Assembly: GCA_030602585.1 (NCBI GenBank)
Contig: JAUVZJ010000005.1
Location: 973-64,972 of the forward strand
Direction of reading: 5' to 3'
Origin: Candidatus Methanophagales archaeon
GTDB lineage: Archaea; Halobacteriota; Syntropharchaeia; Alkanophagales; Methanospirareceae
Length of the DNA stretch: 64,000 nucleotides
Positions 48,900 to 58,285 of the stretch are shown here, piece after piece. The notes under the pieces were generated by a model. It saw only the letters and a list, made by a program, of their open reading frames with translations. It did not search any database and was not told the DNA's origin. The position numbers were made by a program, and so were the translations under genes. Each line of letters begins with the position of its first letter. The stretch's first letter is position 1.

Positions 48900-49790
48900 A
48901 TGATGCACATGACAAAAACGATAAAAGAACATTTAGAAGGAATTGACAGCGATTTAGGTTCTTTAATTCTTAAAATAAGCGGCATCGCAAACACGATAAG
49001 TAACGAACTTCCATACAGAAGAGGTAAGGCAGATACAAAAAACGTATTTGGTGAGCTTCAACTGGTTGCAGATAAATGGGCAGATCAGTTTATAATTGAT
49101 GAATTGAGAAAATCGCGTCTGGTTAAAACAGTAGTATCAGAAGAACAGCCCGATCTGGTAAAACTTAGTGATACGGGGACGTTTAATATCACTCTGGACC
49201 CGTTAGATGGCTCGTCAAATATTGAGAGCAACAACCTGGTAGGGACGATAGTGGGAATATACAAAGAAGATTTGCCGGCACCGGGAAAGCATCAGGTAGC
49301 TGCAATGTATATCTTATATGGTCCAGTAACAACTTTAGTTTATACCGCACAGAACGGCGTCCACGAATTTTTACAGACAAAGAAGGGGTTTGTTTTACGA
49401 GGAGAAAATATGAAGTTCCCTGAGCCGGGTAAGTTATATGGCATAGGCGGGCTGCGAAAAGACTGGCTGCCTTCATTTAGAAAATATATAGAAGAGTTGG
49501 AAACAGCGGGCTACAAATTACGATATGGCGGGTCTTTTGTTGGTGACTTCAATCAAATACTGCACTATGGCGGAATTTTTGCATATCCTGCACTAACGAC
49601 TAAACCAACCGGGAAGTTAAGACTGCTGGTCGAGAGCAATACTATGTCTTTTATAGCGAAACAAGCAGGAGGCGCTTCAACTAATGGTAAGTCTTCAATA
49701 CTGGAGATTGTGCCGGAAAGTATAACTCAACGAGTTCCGACATGTATAGGAAACAAAGGCCTGATTGAGAAGTTGGAGAAGATACTGTAA
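48900..49790 (+). CDS. fbp: fructose-1,6-bisphosphatase class I
   Basis: DPLDGSSNIE metal-binding signature and GKLRLLVE motif. Confidence 0.7.
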   Translation: MMHMTKTIKEHLEGIDSDLGSLILKISGIANTISNELPYRRGKADTKNVFGELQLVADKWADQFIIDELRKSRLVKTVVSEEQPDLVKLSDTGTFNITLDPLDGSSNIESNNLVGTIVGIYKEDLPAPGKHQVAAMYILYGPVTTLVYTAQNGVHEFLQTKKGFVLRGENMKFPEPGKLYGIGGLRKDWLPSFRKYIEELETAGYKLRYGGSFVGDFNQILHYGGIFAYPALTTKPTGKLRLLVESNTMSFIAKQAGGASTNGKSSILEIVPESITQRVPTCIGNKGLIEKLEKIL

Positions 49791-49821
49791 AGGAAAAAAT
49801 TATATTGGAAGGGTGAAAAAG

Positions 49822-50979
49822 ATGGAAGAAAGAGATGAATTTGGACCAATACCCGGGAATAAGATGTTCGAGGCTTTGTACAATACCGAAGGGATTATAA
49901 TGGCTGCAAATACCAGAATCGTTCCCGGCATTGCAAAAGGGATATTTAGAGCGGCAAAAAGTTTGAGAGCAGCAGTTATCTTCGAGCTTGCGAAATCAGA
50001 GAGCGATTTGAGCGGTGGATATACGGGTTTGACACCACAGGATTTTTCAAATGCCGTTCACGACATTGCTAAGGAAGTTGGTTTTGCGGAATGGGCGCTA
50101 CATGCAGACCACACAACAGTAAAGAAGGGGGCGGACGACGAAGTAAGAGAAGTAAAGAGCTTAATAGAGGCTCAAATTGCGGCTGGATATACTTCCTTTG
50201 CAATAGACGCTTCTTTTCTCTTTGATCTGAGCGAAACAACCGTTTTAGGTCAACTTCAGCGGAATATTGACGTGACCACGGAGCTTGCTAACTTCATTGA
50301 GGAAAAGATGGCAGGAAGAGAATTTGGATTAGAAGTAGAAGTTGGAGAGATAGGGAAGAAGGATAAAGATGGATTAGTTCTTACAACGGTGGAGGAGGCA
50401 ACTACATTCATTAAAGAGTTGCACAAGAGGGACATATTTCCACAAGTTCTTGCTATTGCCAACGGGTCAACGCATGGAAACATATATGATGATTATGGGA
50501 ATCTCATTGAGCAGGTTTCAATAAATATAGAACGAACGGTGGAGATAGCTAAGGCGATTGAAGCTTTTAACGTGAGGATTGCACAGCACGGCATCACCGG
50601 CACTCCGCTTAAATTCATAAACACGAAGTTTCCTAAAGGTTTGATTCTAAAAGGTAACGTTGGCACGTTCTGGCAAAATCTCGCATGGGAAGTATTTGAA
50701 ATATTTGAACCTGCGTTATATGAAGATATAGTGAATTGGACTTTGAACAGGTACAGGGATGAAGCGGCAAAGAAGGGTATAACTAAAAATAACGAAATTT
50801 TTGGTAAGTACAGTAAGTTTGCAATAAAGGAATTTAAGAATAGAATATACGGCGTTTCTGAAGAGACGGAACAAGAGTTTGAGGCGAAGGCGTATGCAGA
50901 AGCTATGATGTTCTTCAAAGCTTTTGGTGCCGTAGGCACTGCTGATAAAGTCGGCGAATACTTAACTAAATCAAGATAG
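49822..50979 (+). CDS. class II fructose/tagatose-bisphosphate aldolase family protein
   Basis: ALHADHTT, FAIDASF and IANGSTHGNIYDD resemble the class II aldolase LHLDHG/MIDGS/HG motifs. Likely start ATG 49822 with an upstream GGTGA. Confidence 0.5.
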   Translation: MEERDEFGPIPGNKMFEALYNTEGIIMAANTRIVPGIAKGIFRAAKSLRAAVIFELAKSESDLSGGYTGLTPQDFSNAVHDIAKEVGFAEWALHADHTTVKKGADDEVREVKSLIEAQIAAGYTSFAIDASFLFDLSETTVLGQLQRNIDVTTELANFIEEKMAGREFGLEVEVGEIGKKDKDGLVLTTVEEATTFIKELHKRDIFPQVLAIANGSTHGNIYDDYGNLIEQVSINIERTVEIAKAIEAFNVRIAQHGITGTPLKFINTKFPKGLILKGNVGTFWQNLAWEVFEIFEPALYEDIVNWTLNRYRDEAAKKGITKNNEIFGKYSKFAIKEFKNRIYGVSEETEQEFEAKAYAEAMMFFKAFGAVGTADKVGEYLTKSR

Positions 50980-51066
50980 CTAGCCAATTGGAAGTACTAC
51001 GAGGAGTAACGTCCGTATCAGGGGAATTAAGCGTTATCAATATCTATCATAAATAATTACGCATTC

Positions 51067-51480
51067 TCACATTTCAGAAGATAATATACCCTGTGCTTCT
51101 TCATTCCTGCGTTTATATTCCTGCTTTATCATCTCCCCACGCTTGAAATACTCCTCTGCTTTCTCCGCATCGCCCATATTTTTGTAAACATTGCCAAGAT
51201 TGTAGCAAGCCGATATACCTTCGTCTAATAGATAATCGCTGAGATTCAATGCTGCGTTGAAGAACCCAATCGCCATTTCATACTGCTCTAAACTTGCATA
51301 AGCAACTCCACAATTGTTACAAGTCTTAGCCAGCGTAGGACGAATTGGATTTTTCTTTACTATCTCCTTGTAAACTTCTATTGCTTCTTCATATTTCTCT
51401 TCCGCAAGATATTCCCCTCCGGTTATAAGCAAATCCTCAGCAGTTTCTTCTTCTAGCTCCCCCGCTTCTCTCTCTTCCAT
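51067..51480 (-). CDS. TPR-repeat protein
   Basis: Three or four 34-aa A/Y/G-patterned repeats (AYASLEQYEMAIGFFNAALNL...). Confidence 0.55.
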   Translation of the reverse strand: MEEREAGELEEETAEDLLITGGEYLAEEKYEEAIEVYKEIVKKNPIRPTLAKTCNNCGVAYASLEQYEMAIGFFNAALNLSDYLLDEGISACYNLGNVYKNMGDAEKAEEYFKRGEMIKQEYKRRNEEAQGILSSEM

Positions 51481-51538
51481 AGCAATATATCATTTTACTT
51501 CATTCTATTAAAATATATAACTTCTTGCGCAGAGGCGT

Positions 51539-52891
51539 GTGAAAATGGACCTTGAGGGTTTTGCAAAGAGGAAGTTAAGGGCGGGAGAAAAAGAAGAGGA
51601 AATCATTCTTGAAATGCAGCGTCGCATAGCAGAGATAAAGCGCAATCGTATAAGAGAGGAAGAGGCAGATGCGATTTCGAGGGCGATTCTGGAGGAAGCG
51701 AAGAGAACGATTGATTTAAAAGACGAATCGGGTATTTTCACTGAAATAAAATCGGATGTAAGAATGGGCGAGTTGGGTGTCGGGTCGAGAGGGTCCGGTG
51801 ATTTTTACGTTCATGAGAAAATAGGGAAGCTAATAGGTCCAACAAAGGCGGTGGTTGACTCCTCAAGCTTGAGTGATTCGGGCGTGGTGCGTTTTCTTGA
51901 CGGAGGCAAAGAAAAGTTTATCGTGGTAACTGTGGATGGAATGCACTCGAGGCTGAGCGATTTCCCCTTTCTTGCTGGTTTTCATGTGGCAAGAGCGGCT
52001 CTTCGTGACGTGTACGTAATGGGCGCTACACCTGTTGCGCTATTCTCGGACATTCACGTGGCGGATGACGGCGACGTTGCGAAGATATTCGACCACGTTG
52101 CGGGGATTTCAACAGTATCAGATGCGGCTGGCGTTCCTCTCGTCACGGGTTCCACGTTGAGAATAGGCGGTGACGTGGTAATAGGCGAAAGGATGACTGG
52201 ATGCGTTGGCGCCGTTGGTCTGGCTGATACGGTCGTAACAAGAGAAGGTGCAGAAGAAGGGGATGTAATATTGATGACCGAAGGAGCAGGTGGAGGCACC
52301 ATATCCACCGCCGCTTTGTATTATGGCGAACCTGAAGTCGTGAAAGAAACGTTGAACATAAAATTCCTACGGGCTTCCAATGCGCTTATCGAAGAAGGTA
52401 TGGTAAAAAAGATTCATCTCATGACCGATGTTACGAATGGCGGCATCAGGGGCGATGCAAACGAGATTTCAAATGTTGCATCCGTAAAACTCCTTTTCTA
52501 CGAAGATAGGATAAGCGGTTTGGTGAAAGAGAAGGTGTTTGGGATGCTGGAAAGGCACGGGATAGACTATTTAGGCGTCTCGCTGGATGCTCTTCTGGTT
52601 ATTTGTCCGGAAACCGTTGCAGAAGATGTGCAGGCGGTTGTAAGGAGCGCAGGAGTGAAAATTGAACAGATTGGCAGGGTTGAAAAAGGCAGAGGTGCTG
52701 AAATTGTTGTAAATGGCGAAAGGAAAGAATTCGTTCCCAAATTCAGGGAGGCTGCATATACCCCAATAAAGAAGGTTGTAGGTGAATCCGGGGGCGATTT
52801 TGAGGGGATGAAGCGGAAAGTGGATGAGGCGGTTAAAGCTGCACTCAGGAAGAAGGACAGGGTGAAGCGGATATTGGAATATGTAAAATAA
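51539..52891 (+). CDS. PurM-like (AIR synthase-related) superfamily protein
   Basis: Two-domain PurM/HypE/ThiL-like pattern (VVTVDGMHS, DVYVMGATP, DVILMTEGAGGGT) with an N-terminal charged extension. Confidence 0.5.
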   Translation: MKMDLEGFAKRKLRAGEKEEEIILEMQRRIAEIKRNRIREEEADAISRAILEEAKRTIDLKDESGIFTEIKSDVRMGELGVGSRGSGDFYVHEKIGKLIGPTKAVVDSSSLSDSGVVRFLDGGKEKFIVVTVDGMHSRLSDFPFLAGFHVARAALRDVYVMGATPVALFSDIHVADDGDVAKIFDHVAGISTVSDAAGVPLVTGSTLRIGGDVVIGERMTGCVGAVGLADTVVTREGAEEGDVILMTEGAGGGTISTAALYYGEPEVVKETLNIKFLRASNALIEEGMVKKIHLMTDVTNGGIRGDANEISNVASVKLLFYEDRISGLVKEKVFGMLERHGIDYLGVSLDALLVICPETVAEDVQAVVRSAGVKIEQIGRVEKGRGAEIVVNGERKEFVPKFREAAYTPIKKVVGESGGDFEGMKRKVDEAVKAALRKKDRVKRILEYVK

Positions 52892-52979
52892 TTTTCCAAA
52901 TATCGAAATCTTACTATCAGCAATCGGAACTTTTTTATGTGCTCAGAAACATAAATTTATAGGAAGGAGGAGCGATATA

Positions 52980-53429
52980 ATGATGAGAAATATTCACGTT
53001 TTGAGCGTTATTCTCATGGTATCATTTTTAGCGTGTTTGCCTGTTCCCGGACTGGCTGAGCCTAATTCACCTGACAATGAAAATAGCATAAATAACTTCT
53101 TTGAATCCATACAGCAAGCAAACGGAACCACGGCGAGCGGTAATACGAGTTTTGACAGTGCGAGAGAAATGCTCGAAAATATGACCGCGCAATCGGAAGA
53201 AATGCTTAATCAATCTCAAAAAGAGTATTTGGAAGCTAAAAATGAATCCGGTCTGAATTCAAGTGTTCTTAATGACTTTGAGGCAACGTTATCCGTGATT
53301 GAGCAATTAATTAACTTTTTGACTGATTTAATAGATAGCGCTGCTACTATAATAGACTATGTTTCTGCCTTTACTAAAAAATTATCTATGTGGATGATAG
53401 CGGTATCAAATCAAACAGTATTGAAATGA
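52980..53429 (+). CDS. secreted hypothetical protein
   Basis: N-terminal signal peptide. Low-complexity N/S-rich. Confidence 0.35.
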   Translation: MMRNIHVLSVILMVSFLACLPVPGLAEPNSPDNENSINNFFESIQQANGTTASGNTSFDSAREMLENMTAQSEEMLNQSQKEYLEAKNESGLNSSVLNDFEATLSVIEQLINFLTDLIDSAATIIDYVSAFTKKLSMWMIAVSNQTVLK

Positions 53430-53902
53430 AAAATAAAGAGAAGACTGAGGATGCGCTCGCATCACTTAAAAAAGAAGTCGGATATTTGAAAAAGAGAATT
53501 AATTCTGTCTCTGAATCGGAGCTTTCAAGAGATATAGAAACACAAAAATTAAGAATACAGGGTATCGAAAGGACAAATATTGGTATTTCATGGCTATTTC
53601 ACGAATCAAAGAAAAGCGGCGTGATGTCTATTTCTTTACCCTTTCTTCTGGCGATTATCGCTTTCCGTTTTGCTCACTCTATCCTGGGTGGCATTCTTCA
53701 TGGACAGGGTGAGGTACTTCAAATGTTAGGGGGCGTGGGTTTTGACCTTACTCCGATGTTAAATATGATTCCGCTCCTTGTTTTTATTTTAGCGTATGTG
53801 AGTGGCTTTAAGATAACGTATCTTATCACCGGTATTATTGTAAAGCATGGCATATTGAAAAGAGAAAAAAACAAACTAAGAATGTTGGAATCGCGTGTTT
53901 AG
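53390..53902 (+). CDS. membrane hypothetical protein
   Basis: Charged N-terminus followed by 3-4 TM segments. Confidence 0.35.
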   Translation: MDDSGIKSNSIEMKNKEKTEDALASLKKEVGYLKKRINSVSESELSRDIETQKLRIQGIERTNIGISWLFHESKKSGVMSISLPFLLAIIAFRFAHSILGGILHGQGEVLQMLGGVGFDLTPMLNMIPLLVFILAYVSGFKITYLITGIIVKHGILKREKNKLRMLESRV

Positions 53903-55458
53903 CCCCACTCCTTTCTCGTTCCCTCATCCTGCATGCCCGGCACCTCTACTGGTGGTTTACCTGGTGACTCACCACCTTCAACTTCTTTCCGCTCTTTCCG
54001 ACCTGGTATGCGTTTGCCAAACTTACTATACAAAAAGAGAGATGCAACAACGATTACAATTACAATCGCTACGTAGCCAAGCAGACCAAATATGCCTCTG
54101 CCCTCTGCTCCGGGTTCACCCGTGGCAGTTGCGTTCGTGTCGTTCACAGACGAAGGCGAAGGTGTGGAGGTAGATGTTAAAGTTGGAGAAGAACTTGGCG
54201 TGGGAGTTGAAGTTGGACTTGGTGTTGGAGAAGGAGAAGTCGTTACATTTGTTACACCCTGCTCAGCTATTATCTTAACATACCCCCTCGAAGGTAACCA
54301 TCGCTCGCTCGCCTCCTCCAGACTTAATACGAGATATATTTTACCCGCGCTATCAACCTCGATTTCACGTGTGTTGCCCAGAAAATTTCCTGCTTTACCG
54401 ACAATAACAATCGTGTCTCCTCCACGGAGAGATAAATTAAAAAGATTGTCCACAGGCATCATCTCGCCATGCACAAAATCGTAATGCCACGAACTATAAA
54501 CTCTCGCAACACCCCTTTTCTCTTCTGTGGTATTCACCGGTTCCAACGGTTTTAAAAATATCAAATAATAATTTTGATAACTATACCTTATCTTGTCCAC
54601 CTTTGCCTTCAATGTGATGTTTTCAGCACCATACGCTCCACTTATGAATTCCTCGTAGGTCAGTGAACGATTGCTGGGTGCAATGGGAGCGAATCCAAAT
54701 CCTAATAGCTCCTCTCCATCGCTTATTCCATCACCATCCGTATCCCATTTCGTTGCGTCTGTTACAACTCCGTATATTCCGAATACTTCTTCGGAGTCCA
54801 ATAACCCATCTCCATCCGTATCCCGTTTCGTTGCGTTTGTGCTATATTCGTGAACTTCATCACCATCGCTGAGCCCATCGTAATCTGAATCTACAAGATT
54901 GGGATTGGTGCCCGCAGAAATCTCGGCGCCATCATTTAGCCCATCACCATCCACATCTGAATTCGTGGGGTCGAGTTCGTATGGATACGTCCTGCTTAGA
55001 TTGGTTATATTCACCATTACAGTTAATCTATCGGTTTCATTCGGGTATATCTCATCCATCTGTGTTTCATCACTCGTATTAATATACATGCAGGTTTCTG
55101 TCAAATCGTTTAATCCATCTCCATCCGTGTCTGATACGAGGGGGTCGGTAAAAAAGCCGAATAAAGCCCAGGATTCCGCATAATTCGATATTCCATCGTT
55201 ATCCGTGTCCTCATCCCAGGGGTCAGAACTATTCTTGTATTCCTGATAATTTGTCCGCCCATTGTGATTATAGTCAAGACTTGCATCACGTGCATCATTT
55301 GGATTTAGCCCATGTGTATCTTCCCAACCGTCGGGTATGCCATCGGCATCCGTATCCTCTTTTAGCGGATCCAGTCCCGATACTGATGCAGATGCCAGAA
55401 CCAATACTATTCCAAAGAACACAAAAAGCTGCGTAAATACTTGATTTGATTTCCACAT
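53899..55458 (-). CDS. secreted Ca-binding thrombospondin type-3-like repeat protein with PT/S-rich linker and C-terminal TM anchor
   Basis: Signal peptide, at least 7 DxDxDGxxDxxE repeats, TTSPSPTPSPTSTPTPSSSPT linker, and a C-terminal hydrophobic helix plus basic tail. Confidence 0.6.
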   Translation of the reverse strand: MWKSNQVFTQLFVFFGIVLVLASASVSGLDPLKEDTDADGIPDGWEDTHGLNPNDARDASLDYNHNGRTNYQEYKNSSDPWDEDTDNDGISNYAESWALFGFFTDPLVSDTDGDGLNDLTETCMYINTSDETQMDEIYPNETDRLTVMVNITNLSRTYPYELDPTNSDVDGDGLNDGAEISAGTNPNLVDSDYDGLSDGDEVHEYSTNATKRDTDGDGLLDSEEVFGIYGVVTDATKWDTDGDGISDGEELLGFGFAPIAPSNRSLTYEEFISGAYGAENITLKAKVDKIRYSYQNYYLIFLKPLEPVNTTEEKRGVARVYSSWHYDFVHGEMMPVDNLFNLSLRGGDTIVIVGKAGNFLGNTREIEVDSAGKIYLVLSLEEASERWLPSRGYVKIIAEQGVTNVTTSPSPTPSPTSTPTPSSSPTLTSTSTPSPSSVNDTNATATGEPGAEGRGIFGLLGYVAIVIVIVVASLFLYSKFGKRIPGRKERKEVEGGESPGKPPVEVPGMQDEGTRKEWG

Positions 55459-55537
55459 ATTAATATAAAATTCTCAAATAAGCTATAAATAGTCATTCAT
55501 CGCTGAAAAATAATTTGTTAATAGTTTAAAAATAATT

Positions 55538-55849
55538 TTATATTATATACATCTCTATCTCATCCGTTAGTTCATTTTTAGTTTCTTTTCCAGTTTCTAT
55601 CCCCTTTCCCTCAACCTTTGTTGCCACGGTTTCGAGGAAGTTTTTCTCAATGAGGCTTACTGCCGCGACACTCAGTTTTTCATCTTTTTTCACCAACACC
55701 CCTTTTGGATTGTAAACACTTATTGTTCCGCCCTCCGGGTTCGTCACCACCTTATATATTTTCCCGCTCGGCATTAGCCATGCCCATATTTTCTCTTTCT
55801 CTTCTTCCATTTTTATTGCATTAATTAGACCACGAATACGCATTGGCAT
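55538..55849 (-). CDS. hypothetical protein
   Basis: 103-aa ORF with no recognisable motif. Confidence 0.3.
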   Translation of the reverse strand: MPMRIRGLINAIKMEEEKEKIWAWLMPSGKIYKVVTNPEGGTISVYNPKGVLVKKDEKLSVAAVSLIEKNFLETVATKVEGKGIETGKETKNELTDEIEMYII

Positions 55850-56202
55850 ACCTTATTGGCATAAATAACCGCATATAACATCATTAATGTAATTACGGAA
55901 CTCAATCCACTTATACCTATTATTCTTTTTCCTCGCTCTGATTTATTAGAATGGTACAGGGCGAGATAAAAGGCGAGCAGGAAAATCGGTGCGAATATCT
56001 TCAAAGGCATGGAATAAGGGTGATAATAAAAGAGGTTTAGTTCGTATAGGTTCTCACTGGTTGCCAGAACTATTTTTGTGGTGATAAGGTCAAGTAAGTT
56101 AAGAATGAAGTAGAGGATGGAAAATGCGAACATTCTACTTGGGTAGTAACCCCGACTCCAACTCCAGCTCCAATCACAACTATCTATTTTATTATACATC
56201 AA
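55825..56202 (-). CDS. hypothetical membrane protein
   Basis: Three predicted TM segments. Confidence 0.3.
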   Translation of the reverse strand: MMYNKIDSCDWSWSWSRGYYPSRMFAFSILYFILNLLDLITTKIVLATSENLYELNLFYYHPYSMPLKIFAPIFLLAFYLALYHSNKSERGKRIIGISGLSSVITLMMLYAVIYANKVCQCVFVV

Positions 56203-56428
56203 TTATAAATGAGTTATAAAGGCAACATATAAGTTTAACGGTCTTTTAAAGAAAAATAACCGATATTCGCTTTCCATTCATTCATAAAAGCGTTGTAAGT
56301 AGTTCTTTAGTGTAGTAAAGAATAATGATATAAAAACTTCTGATATTAGAAACTAAATTCACATCATTTGCAATTTTACTATTGTAATCTCGTATTGAAA
56401 TCTGCGTTAATCAGTGTCTTTAAAAAAT

Positions 56429-56665
56429 TTATTCGTATCTTTTGCCCACCGCATAGCCAAGTGCAATACCGCCCGCAGCTATAAGTGCCGCAAACAATAT
56501 AACATTCCAGAATACAACCGTTGATTCGCTAATGTATCCGACTATCGCTAGCCGAAAGATGAGTTCTCGCACCATTCTTGCCGTGATGTAGATGCCACCG
56601 AAGCCAACGAGTAATGATAAGATACCCGCTATTACAAGTGCAATAGAGAAAGCGTCTTTTACCAT
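56429..56665 (-). CDS. small membrane protein
   Basis: Two TM segments, 78 aa. Confidence 0.3.
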   Translation of the reverse strand: MVKDAFSIALVIAGILSLLVGFGGIYITARMVRELIFRLAIVGYISESTVVFWNVILFAALIAAGGIALGYAVGKRYE

Positions 56666-56738
56666 TTTTTATCTCCCTTTTTTTAACATGCAGATAGAAT
56701 ATATGATAACCAACCCTATATAAAGGTATCGGATAGTC

Positions 56739-57608
56739 TCACTTATTTACCCTGAACCCCTCCGTCAATTTTAAAAATTTAAGTAACATTTCTCGTGAAA
56801 ACGTTGGTCCACGCAATAAACCCTCCGCTCCTTCCTCAAGCTTAAATATCAAGGACTGCCGCTTCTTTGAATATCCCATCTCTATTATCCCCTTCTCTTC
56901 CAACTCTCCCAGAGGAGTCTGTATAGACTCTGGACTGACCTCGATGCCAAATTTACGGTATATTTCTTCTTTTATATCCCTCACACTCATCGGCTTATCC
57001 ATAATGAGTCCCAAAATGATTAAATCTATGTTCTCCCTGAGCAATGAAATGATATCAACATGCTTTCCTTCCAGTCCACGTTCCAATTTCTTTGTAGCGC
57101 TCTGAAGTTTCTTATTCCTCTCCTCTAACTCTTTTAGCTTCTTTTCGCTTTCTTTTTCTTTTGCCCGCTCCTCTACCACCTCCCGAATATATTGCCCCAG
57201 CGTATCAAATAGAGCAGCCGGGTTACCTTCCTTCCTGATATATCTGTTCGCCCCTTTATTTAACGCCTCCATTGCCACCTTCTCTTCTCCTTTGCCGGTG
57301 AAGATAATAAAAGGAATGTTATTCCCTTTCTTCCTCAGCTCTTCCAGAAATTCCAGTCCATTCATTCCCGGCATCTTGTAATCAGAAACAACGATGTCAA
57401 AAGTTTCACGTTCCAGTTTTTCCAACCCAAGCTCCGCGGATAATACCGGCGTAATTTCAAAATTACTATGCCCTCTCCGTTTCAGAAACAATCTTGTTAT
57501 CTCAAGAGCCCCCTTCTCATCTTCCACATGCAAAACCCTTATCGGTCCAGGCATCGAGTTTGAATCCTCGTGCTGAACATCATTTATCATTGCTCCTTTT
57601 ATAACCAC
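56739..57608 (-). CDS. response regulator: CheY-like receiver plus coiled-coil plus C-terminal winged-helix-like domain
   Basis: The receiver has D..DYKMPGMNG..FTGKGEEK residues. The C-terminus (ILGLIMDKPMSVRDIKEEIYRKFG...LEEKGII) resembles a PadR/HalX-type wHTH. Confidence 0.65.
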   Translation of the reverse strand: MVIKGAMINDVQHEDSNSMPGPIRVLHVEDEKGALEITRLFLKRRGHSNFEITPVLSAELGLEKLERETFDIVVSDYKMPGMNGLEFLEELRKKGNNIPFIIFTGKGEEKVAMEALNKGANRYIRKEGNPAALFDTLGQYIREVVEERAKEKESEKKLKELEERNKKLQSATKKLERGLEGKHVDIISLLRENIDLIILGLIMDKPMSVRDIKEEIYRKFGIEVSPESIQTPLGELEEKGIIEMGYSKKRQSLIFKLEEGAEGLLRGPTFSREMLLKFLKLTEGFRVNK

Positions 57609-57635
57609 AGATTTTCACAAGAGAACAATTGAAGA

Positions 57636-57690
57636 TGCAAGATACAAGATGCAAGTCAAACCTGTATCCTGTATCCAGCATCTTCTTCTT
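57636..57690. repeat. imperfect hairpin built from CAAGATACA(A/G)G units, the same unit that flanks the four-helix-bundle gene
   Basis: gaagatgcaagatacaagatgcaag tcaaa cctgtatcctgtatccagcatcttc. Confidence 0.6.
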
Positions 57691-57795
57691 CTGCTAATCT
57701 TGCGTAATCACGTGGTTTTTTTCCTCTGCTATACTAATTATATTTGTAAAATATCTATAAAAAACTTACACTTACTTCAATTCTTTTTGCAGCTA

Positions 57796-58254
57796 TTAGC
57801 AATTTTTTTGATTCCCTTTTTCTACCGCCGCATCACGCAAAGTTATTCCAATATCTAATAATTCCTCTGCACTCACGTCTCCCATCTCGTCCATCGCTGT
57901 CCTCAGTGCCACATCCATCTCGTCCTCCTCGTCCTCCTCCTCTCTCAAGCTGTATATCAAATCGTCCTTGTCCTCTCCTTTCTCGTCCTTTTCGTAATCT
58001 TCCCATTCCTCTCCCTCTTCTTCGGGTTCCTCTTCTACTACCTCCTCCACTCCTTTTTGTAACCACCACTGCTCTACTTTTTCTTTTTCCTTGTCGGAAT
58101 CATCGAATATTTCTGTTTCTTCTTCTACTGCTTCTTCTGTATCCGTGCCCTTCTCCTCTTCCGGAGCCGATGGCTGTGGCGGTGGCGGGGGTGAAATATC
58201 CTTATCCTGTTCCTCACCCTCACTCTCCGACCCATTCTCTTTTAAAGAATCCAT
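57796..58254 (-). CDS. highly acidic (Glu-rich) hypothetical protein
   Basis: 152 aa, more than 35% E/D. Confidence 0.35.
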   Translation of the reverse strand: MDSLKENGSESEGEEQDKDISPPPPPQPSAPEEEKGTDTEEAVEEETEIFDDSDKEKEKVEQWWLQKGVEEVVEEEPEEEGEEWEDYEKDEKGEDKDDLIYSLREEEDEEDEMDVALRTAMDEMGDVSAEELLDIGITLRDAAVEKGNQKNC

Positions 58255-58285
58255 TTTGCTTTGCGTTCCTCCTTATCTTTCTTTC

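Noticed and set aside
54092-54484. 130-aa plus-strand ORF rich in V/G/E opposite the PT-linker of the surface protein
   Set aside because: It is a mirror of the repetitive linker coding region, a typical antisense artefact.
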